A DNA stretch of 30,552 nucleotides from NCBI GenBank assembly GCA_964569725.1, contig CAZMUE010000001.1, positions 1 to 30,552 on the forward strand. The letters run 5' to 3'. The notes under the pieces were generated by a model, which was not told the origin of the DNA, searched no databases, and worked only from the letters and a program-made list of their open reading frames with translations. Position numbers and translations under genes: made by a program. Source of the DNA: an uncultured Gammaproteobacteria bacterium (GTDB lineage: Bacteria > Patescibacteriota > Microgenomatia > UBA12405 > CAZMUE01). Numbering within the stretch: position 1 is the first letter of the stretch; each line of letters starts with the position of its first letter. Of the stretch, positions 1 through 5,771 are shown in pieces.

Positions 1-1
1 A

Positions 2-418
2 CAACAAGGGTTGGAAGTGGTCGCCGGAGACATGACAAGACTCCCGTTTCCCGCAGGCACTTTCAGGCATGTGTTGCTCATGGATGTAATTGAACATGTT
101 CCCCCAGAAGCGGCCGAACAGACTCTCCTTGAAGCAGAAAGGGTTATGTCGCCTGGCGGCAAACTGTCAATTAGGACGCCCAATGAAGCCTGTTTATGGA
201 CAGATAAATATCGCCTCGATCCAGATCATCGTAGGCTTTATTCTCCGGCAACCCTAACAACTCTTGCTTCTCGCGCTGGTTTTACAGAAATTATGACTAC
301 TACTATTGGCCACCCAGATACTCAAGATTTTTATACTACTACCGCAGGCAACTCTCGACCAGAAGACGGAGCAGTTATTCTTCTTCAGGGAAAGAAAAAA
401 ATAACGAGCGATGAATAA
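2..418 (+). CDS. Class I SAM-dependent methyltransferase (Methyltransf_11-like), 5'-truncated by window edge
   Basis: Frame is open from base 2 (CAA CAA GGG TTG...). 'GDMTRLPFPAGTFRHVLLMDVIEHV...LSPGGKLSIRTPN' match post-motif I/II elements of class I MTases. Motif I is absent, so the true start lies upstream. Confidence 0.8.
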   Translation, partial: QQGLEVVAGDMTRLPFPAGTFRHVLLMDVIEHVPPEAAEQTLLEAERVMSPGGKLSIRTPNEACLWTDKYRLDPDHRRLYSPATLTTLASRAGFTEIMTTTIGHPDTQDFYTTTAGNSRPEDGAVILLQGKKKITSDE

Positions 419-1040
419 AAGGGGGGTCTATTCTAAGAAAGCAAAAGCTGTGTTTCTTGATCGCGATGGCATCATAAACGAGATGTGTTATCACCAAGAA
501 CACGGATTGATTGATTCTCCAGCTAACCCTAAACAATTCAAGCTTATTGCAGGAATAGGAAAGCTTATTAAAGACCTCAAAAAGCTAGGCTATCTAGTAA
601 TCGTCATTTCAAATCAACCAGGAATAGCTAAGAAAAAATACACTAAAAGGCTTTTCAATGCTATTAACCAAAAAATGCACAAGTTGTTAGAAAAAGAGGA
701 GACGAAACTGGATGACGTCTACTATTGCCTTCATCATCCAGAAGCCAAAGATAAAAATTATAAGGCAATTTGTGAGTGTAGAAAACCAAAACCGGGCCTG
801 ATATTGAGAGCGGCTAAAGATCATAATCTGAATCTTAAGAAATCATGGTTTGTCGGTGACGGGATTGTTGATATCCAAGCTGGAAAAACCGCTGGCTGCA
901 AAACCATTCTCGTCGCGAAACTAAAACTAGATCTTTGCCAAATCCTAATCAAAAAATCTATAAGACCGAATTTCGTTGTCTCTGATCTAAATTGGGTCTT
1001 GAAAACCATCGAGGAACAAGATAAAATTAAATCCTTATAA
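411..1040 (+). CDS. gmhB: D-glycero-D-manno-heptose 1,7-bisphosphate phosphatase (HAD IIIA, GmhB family)
   Basis: FLDRDG (DxD) motif, ISNQ.G, Zn-binding CxH...CxC followed by RKPKPG, and VGDG..DIQAG. Confidence 0.88.
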   Translation: MNKRGVYSKKAKAVFLDRDGIINEMCYHQEHGLIDSPANPKQFKLIAGIGKLIKDLKKLGYLVIVISNQPGIAKKKYTKRLFNAINQKMHKLLEKEETKLDDVYYCLHHPEAKDKNYKAICECRKPKPGLILRAAKDHNLNLKKSWFVGDGIVDIQAGKTAGCKTILVAKLKLDLCQILIKKSIRPNFVVSDLNWVLKTIEEQDKIKSL

Positions 1041-1059
1041 TAATTAATCTTATACTTGA

Positions 1060-1821
1060 ATGACAAAAGAAATCTTCATTGACTCTGCCCGATTGCCCGA
1101 AATTGAAAAATGGGTCGCCTCTGGGGTTGTCACCGGCGTCACTACGAACCAATTGATAATGTTGAGGGATGGCGTCCACCCTCGAGGTTTTTCTGAGCAT
1201 ATCGAAAGGATCTGCGAAATCGCAAAAGGCCCTGTTTCCGTAGAGTTAACAGATAGTACTGCAGACGCAGGAACCATGGCAACGGAAGCAACGAGATTAA
1301 GAGCAATTCATGATCTGGTAGTGATAAAAGTTCCTCTTATTCCAGGAACAACTAAATCCCTCGAAGTAATCAGGGAATTAACGGCTAGAGGAATCCCTGT
1401 GAACGTTACCTGCATGATGACAGTCGAGCAAATGATGATAGCAGCTCTAGCCACTAAAGATGCCGAACAGGCGTATATTAGCCTTTTCTGGGGCCGAGCC
1501 CAAGAAGATCACGAGCAATATCGAACTAATCCAGAATGGGTCACCGCCCATCCTAAGGTGGGGCCAGAAAGTGAAATCAATTCTAACCCGGGAAGAATTA
1601 CAGAAACTGTTGCTGATTTCATACGGACAGGAGGCCAGAAACAACCAAGAATCATCATCGGAAGCGTGAGAAATGCTAGGCAGGTGGGAGAAGCTTTTGC
1701 TCATGGAGCCCATATTGTTACTGTGCCTCCGGCAATACTAGAAGCCATGATTGAGAGCGAAAGGACCAGACAAACTATAATCCAATTCGATCAGGCGTGG
1801 GAAGAGCTTAAGCAAAAATAA
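1060..1821 (+). CDS. tal: Transaldolase (short TalC/FSA-family type)
   Basis: IFIDS, GVTTN, GPVSVE, Schiff-base lysine in VIKVP, NVT, YISLFWGR, GSVR and IVTVP. Glu in SVE and Phe in SLF are the transaldolase-type residues, not the FSA-type Gln/Tyr. Confidence 0.85.
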   Translation: MTKEIFIDSARLPEIEKWVASGVVTGVTTNQLIMLRDGVHPRGFSEHIERICEIAKGPVSVELTDSTADAGTMATEATRLRAIHDLVVIKVPLIPGTTKSLEVIRELTARGIPVNVTCMMTVEQMMIAALATKDAEQAYISLFWGRAQEDHEQYRTNPEWVTAHPKVGPESEINSNPGRITETVADFIRTGGQKQPRIIIGSVRNARQVGEAFAHGAHIVTVPPAILEAMIESERTRQTIIQFDQAWEELKQK

Positions 1822-1846
1822 AACGCTAGGTTAGCTTTCCCTATTC

Positions 1847-1875
1847 TTGTCTTCAAGACTCAAATCATTTATCAT
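1847..1875 (+). promoter_or_regulatory. Putative sigma70 promoter, leaderless-type (TTGTCT-N17-TATCAT, 7 nt before ATG 1883)
   Basis: -35 TTGTCT at 1847-1852, 17-nt spacer, -10 TATCAT at 1870-1875, ATG at 1883. Confidence 0.5.
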
Positions 1876-1882
1876 AAACAGG

Positions 1883-2566
1883 ATGATTAAAGATAATTTT
1901 AATGATATCAGTGTTGTCATGATATCGCTAAATGAAGAGCGAGCCGTCGCCGAAGTGATAAGAAAAATTAGGAAAACTCTCCCCGGAAGCGAAATTGTCC
2001 TTGTAGACAGCAGCACCGACAACACCGCTAAAATCGCCAAGAGGTTAAAAGCAAAAGTTATTAAACAGTTGCCTCCAAAAGGCTATGGAAAAGCCATGAT
2101 CAGGGGGTTAAGGGGTGCAAAAAACCACATTGTCATCACTATGGATTGCGATAACACCTACCCCATTGAGGCTGCCCCTCTTATGATAAAAGGGATTAGA
2201 GAAGGATACGATCTCGTCGGAACCACTAGAATGTCACAAGGGAAACCGGACAATCTCTCCTGGCCTAATTATTTAATTAATAGAATATTTTCTATTACGG
2301 CTTCTGTTCTCTTCCTTCGCAAAGTAGAAGATCTTCACACAGGAATGAGAGCTTACAGAAAAAAAATGCTTGAAGCTATTGATTGGCAACCAGAAGGACC
2401 TGCGCTTCCAGTGGAATTACTGCTCAAGCCCGTGGCTCTAGGCTATAAAATCACTGAAATTCCGATAGCCTATCATCCAAGGATTGGAAAAAGCACCCAT
2501 CGCAATAAACTTAAAAGCGTTTTTTGGACTTTTAAGCGTATTTTTAGATGCCGGTTTAAAAAATAA
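1883..2566 (+). CDS. GT2 glycosyltransferase, DPM1/Ppm1-like (putative polyprenol-phosphate glycosyltransferase)
   Basis: MISLNEE, VDSS.D.T, GYGKA, TMDCD (DxD), DL.TGMRAY and EIPI.Y.PR.G. ATG 1883 is preferred over the TTG at 1847 because that TTG coincides with a -35-like box. Confidence 0.85.
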   Translation: MIKDNFNDISVVMISLNEERAVAEVIRKIRKTLPGSEIVLVDSSTDNTAKIAKRLKAKVIKQLPPKGYGKAMIRGLRGAKNHIVITMDCDNTYPIEAAPLMIKGIREGYDLVGTTRMSQGKPDNLSWPNYLINRIFSITASVLFLRKVEDLHTGMRAYRKKMLEAIDWQPEGPALPVELLLKPVALGYKITEIPIAYHPRIGKSTHRNKLKSVFWTFKRIFRCRFKK

Positions 2567-2567
2567 A

Positions 2568-2573
2568 AAGGAG
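2568..2573 (+). promoter_or_regulatory. Shine-Dalgarno-like RBS (AAGGAG) for the 2582 CDS
   Basis: AAGGAG lies 8 nt upstream of ATG 2582. Confidence 0.5.
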
Positions 2574-2581
2574 ATGCAAAG

Positions 2582-2938
2582 ATGGAGTTTTTATTAATAT
2601 TGGTAAACATTTTTCTCGCTATTTGCGGACAATTGACCACCAAGATCGGAATTAATAAAATTGGTTCTTTCTCCTCTATGCCTATTCAGACCTTTATTTT
2701 TAAATGTCTTACTTCGCCATTAGTCATCTTGGGCTTTGGTCTCTATTTCTTTTCTGCTCTTATCTGGTTCATGGTTTTGTCTAGGATAAACTTAAGCGTT
2801 GCTTATCCCACTCTAAGTCTAGGATATATCCTCATCTTAATAACCAGTGCGATTTTTCTTAAGGAACCAATAGGGTTAGCAAAGATTATGGGTAGCCTCC
2901 TTATCTGCGCCGGGGTTTTTCTTATTTTCAGGAAATGA
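2582..2938 (+). CDS. Small 4-TM EamA/SMR (DMT) protein, ArnE/ArnF-like; putative lipid-linked sugar flippase
   Basis: 118 aa with 4 hydrophobic segments. GQL..K, LSR..LS.AYP.LSL.Y and F.KEP....K..G are typical of ArnE/F-like DMT proteins. Sits between GT2 genes. Confidence 0.75.
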   Translation: MEFLLILVNIFLAICGQLTTKIGINKIGSFSSMPIQTFIFKCLTSPLVILGFGLYFFSALIWFMVLSRINLSVAYPTLSLGYILILITSAIFLKEPIGLAKIMGSLLICAGVFLIFRK

Positions 2939-3477
2939 AAACAAACCCAAAGATAACTATTTTAATCCCCTGCCTCAATGAAGAAAAGGTTATCGGATTT
3001 GTAATCAAAAATTGCCTTGCCGGATTGAAAAAAGCCAAAACAAAAGGTCAAATTCTTATTATTAACAGCGGAAATGATAGATCTGCCCAAATCGCTAGAA
3101 ATCTTGGCGCCGACGTTGTTAATAAACCTAAAGGAGGGCTTGGTCAAGCCTATATTGACGCTATCCCGTATATCAAAGGTGAATACGTTATCATGGGAGA
3201 CGCTGACGCGACTTATGACTATGCAGAAGTAGATAAATTCATTAGGAAGCTCCGCCAGGGATATCAGTTGGTTATGGGAACACGACTGAAAGGATGGATT
3301 GAAAAGGATGCCATGCCGAAGCTACACCGATATTTTGGAACCCCAATAATTACCTGGATGCTTAATAGGCTCTTTGGGCTTAGTTTTTCTGATGTTGCTT
3401 GCGGTATGCGAGCAGTTACCAAAGAAGCGCTTTTAAGAATCGATTTGAAATCTCCATCTTGGGAATACGCCTTCTGA
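2935..3477 (+). CDS. GT2 N-terminal fragment (catalytic core) of the frameshifted gene
   Basis: IPCLNEE, GLGQAY, MGDADATYD, VMGTRLKG and SDVACGMRA. Ends prematurely at TGA 3475. Confidence 0.65.
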   Translation: MKTNPKITILIPCLNEEKVIGFVIKNCLAGLKKAKTKGQILIINSGNDRSAQIARNLGADVVNKPKGGLGQAYIDAIPYIKGEYVIMGDADATYDYAEVDKFIRKLRQGYQLVMGTRLKGWIEKDAMPKLHRYFGTPIITWMLNRLFGLSFSDVACGMRAVTKEALLRIDLKSPSWEYAF

Positions 3478-3478
3478 A

Positions 3479-4093
3479 ATGATGGTTAAGGCTGGACTCC
3501 TAAAGCTAAAGTCTACAGAAGTCCCAATTCATTTCTATAAAGATCGCGAAGGAAGAGTTAGCCATCACAAAAGAACCGGTTGGTTTTCGCCATGGTATGC
3601 CGCTTGGATTAATTTTAAAATAATCCTGCTTTACGCTCCTAACTTTGTTTTTTTCACCCCAGGAGCACTCTCTCTAGCGGCGGGAATCACCATAATTATT
3701 ATTAGCGCCCTTAGACTGCAGCCAAATTTTCAATATCACTGGAACCTTTTAGGTTTTATATTAACCATTATTGGTTATTCGACAATCCAATTGGGTATTC
3801 TTTCAAAAACGTTCAGTGACTTAAACAATTACTACCATGATAGGATAATCGTCTTTATGAAAGAAAAATTTACTTACGATAAAGGCATGCTCGCTGGATT
3901 TTCTGTGTTAATCAGTGGCTTAGCATTGACCTCGCTCTTGATAATCCAATGGCTCCGCAATCAATTCAAACTCACCGAGATTTCTTCCCAGGGAATCCTC
4001 GGCCTTCTTCTAATTGTTATGGGATTCCAAACGATTATCTTTACTTTTATCTATACCTTATTTAAATTTTCCACAAAAAAACAGATTCCCTAA
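3479..4093 (+). CDS. GT2 C-terminal fragment (EVPI motif plus TM helices) of the frameshifted gene
   Basis: Begins with MMVKA...EVPIHFYKDREGRVSH, the end of the GT2 domain, followed by about 4 TM segments. Confidence 0.6.
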   Translation: MMVKAGLLKLKSTEVPIHFYKDREGRVSHHKRTGWFSPWYAAWINFKIILLYAPNFVFFTPGALSLAAGITIIIISALRLQPNFQYHWNLLGFILTIIGYSTIQLGILSKTFSDLNNYYHDRIIVFMKEKFTYDKGMLAGFSVLISGLALTSLLIIQWLRNQFKLTEISSQGILGLLLIVMGFQTIIFTFIYTLFKFSTKKQIP

Positions 4094-4094
4094 G

Positions 4095-5771
4095 ATGCAA
4101 CCGAACGGAAAGGTCATAAAAACCGCTCTAATCATCTCACTCCTCACAATCCTCGCTGGATATATTAGGTGGGGAATCGTAGAGTCTTTTAGGCACTATC
4201 CTTCATTTGACGAAGCCGGCGTTTTAGCAATTGCTAGCAATTTTGCTCGCTATGGCAAATACGAAACTGTTTTCAGCTACCATGATGCTCCTAGAGTATT
4301 TAATCCCTTCACCTCCACTGGACCAACTATTATCTTGCCGCTATCTCTTTTATTCAAGATTTTCGGTTATCACTATTATTTGTCAAATCTATTCATTTTT
4401 TTCACCATAAACTTACCCCTAATAGGAATAGCCCTGCTTTTATTTTGGCGCATTATCGGTAAAAAACCAATTGTGGAAAAAATGTTCCTTTCTTTACTGC
4501 TTCTTCTTCTGTTTTTAACCAACAGGCTATTCTACGCCTCCCCCCCCACCGGCGGATCGTTTACCCACGGAGCTCTCGGCGAACCATGTGCCTTATTATT
4601 AATTTTTACTTCTTCTCTCTTGCTGCTAAAAGGAATTGAGTCTAATAAACTATTAATTGTTTTCCTTTCCGGTCTCTTCTCTGCCCTTGCCCTTAGTACT
4701 AAAACCATCGCCACATTTCATTTCTTGGCCCTAACCTTAACTATTGGCATCGTTGCCCTAGTGAGCTTAAAAAGAAAACAGAAAAACAGAATGTTTTTCT
4801 TGAAGGCTATTTTTTTAATTATCACCGCACTCATAGCTGTCAAACTACCATTATCATTGTGGAAAAATTATAGTCTCAGGGGCCAAGATCAACAGAACTA
4901 CAGCTGTTGGCGTAAGGTTGCCTTTTTAACTCATGGATCTGGGATTAATACTTTGCTTTCTATGGACCCTAAAAGAATCATGCAAAAACCTAAACAATCG
5001 CTGGAAGAAATAATTAATTTCTTTACTGTAAAAATGGAGCCTAAATGGAAAATCGAAAACAAGAAGAAAATAATTTATCTTGCAATCGGCTACGTTCTAA
5101 CAGCCATAATCTCATTTATCAACTTTATAAAGACACTTTCTTTTGCTCTTATCAAGAAAAAGACTAAAGTCGACGGACAGTTAATCGTCAAGGCGACTCT
5201 CGTTGTAACTTTTCTGCTGGGAACCATTTGGTTTTTCCTTCTCGCCGATTTTTCCTGGATTAGGTTCTATTACATCTTTTTCTTTGTCGGAATTATTACC
5301 GTCATCTCTCTCGCTCCTAGCCTTCCAAAAATCCTCTATCTGATTTTTACTTCCCTCGTTTTTGCGCATTCTCTCGTTGCCATCTGGCAAAGTCCTTTTG
5401 CCATCACTAACCTAACTATTCCAGAAGACAAGATCGATATAGAAAAAACAGACAATGCTTTTATCGATTTTTATTCTGCTAGGGAGAACAAGAAAACTTA
5501 TGTCTGCGGATATTTCAATCTCTGGGAAATAACCTTTCTCACGGGAGTTAATTTCTATAATAACATCCTAATCGACGACAGGGACATTTTTCCAGAGTGC
5601 AATTTCTTGCCTCGTCCTAAAATTAGAGATATTACGGAAAAAGATTTTTACTACATCATGGTGTCAACCATGAATCCAGAATGCGAGCAGTTCCTTGAGG
5701 ATAACAAAAATCGCCTAAAGCTTATTTATGACCAAGGTTATCGGGTTTTTACTACCACCTCGTCGCCTTAG
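4095..5771 (+). CDS. GT-C fold membrane glycosyltransferase (ArnT/PMT/GT39-like)
   Basis: N-terminal TM, then PSFDEA (acidic DE loop), STGP..ILP...LFKIFG, GE..A, ALSTK, many TMs and a soluble C-terminal tail. ATG 4095 lies just after the upstream stop and is preferred over 4014. Confidence 0.7.
   Translation: MQPNGKVIKTALIISLLTILAGYIRWGIVESFRHYPSFDEAGVLAIASNFARYGKYETVFSYHDAPRVFNPFTSTGPTIILPLSLLFKIFGYHYYLSNLFIFFTINLPLIGIALLLFWRIIGKKPIVEKMFLSLLLLLLFLTNRLFYASPPTGGSFTHGALGEPCALLLIFTSSLLLLKGIESNKLLIVFLSGLFSALALSTKTIATFHFLALTLTIGIVALVSLKRKQKNRMFFLKAIFLIITALIAVKLPLSLWKNYSLRGQDQQNYSCWRKVAFLTHGSGINTLLSMDPKRIMQKPKQSLEEIINFFTVKMEPKWKIENKKKIIYLAIGYVLTAIISFINFIKTLSFALIKKKTKVDGQLIVKATLVVTFLLGTIWFFLLADFSWIRFYYIFFFVGIITVISLAPSLPKILYLIFTSLVFAHSLVAIWQSPFAITNLTIPEDKIDIEKTDNAFIDFYSARENKKTYVCGYFNLWEITFLTGVNFYNNILIDDRDIFPECNFLPRPKIRDITEKDFYYIMVSTMNPECEQFLEDNKNRLKLIYDQGYRVFTTTSSP

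Larger units (their letters stand above)
2935..4093 (+). pseudogene. Frameshifted GT2 (DPM1/GtrB-like catalytic domain plus C-terminal TM region); one extra T at 3472/3473
   Basis: Removing one T from GCC TTC TGA AAT G gives GCC TCT GAA ATG. This restores ...WEYASEMMVKAGLLKLKSTEVPI... and a continuous 385-aa ORF. Confidence 0.8.

Noticed and set aside
1036-1056. TATAAT (1036-1041) and TATACT (1051-1056) upstream of transaldolase
   Set aside because: No -35 or TG extension. Spacing to ATG is 18 or 3 nt, and the AT-rich context makes chance hits likely.
821-1713. Short alternative ORFs (821..1066-, 1050..1277-, 1447..1713-, 1460..1669+)
   Set aside because: They lie antisense or out of frame within gmhB and transaldolase and have no recognisable motifs.
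1825-1835. GCTA-GGT-TAGC mini-hairpin after transaldolase as a terminator
   Set aside because: A 4-bp stem with a short T run is too weak for an intrinsic terminator.
3475-3477. UGA recoding (genetic code 25 or selenocysteine) as an explanation for the split GT2
   Set aside because: The two halves are in different frames, so readthrough cannot join them. TGA also serves as a normal stop in several ATGA/GTGA overlaps here.
4014-4094. ORF-track N-terminal extension of the GT-C
   Set aside because: It overlaps the upstream coding region by 80 nt. ATG 4095 follows the upstream stop directly and precedes TM1.
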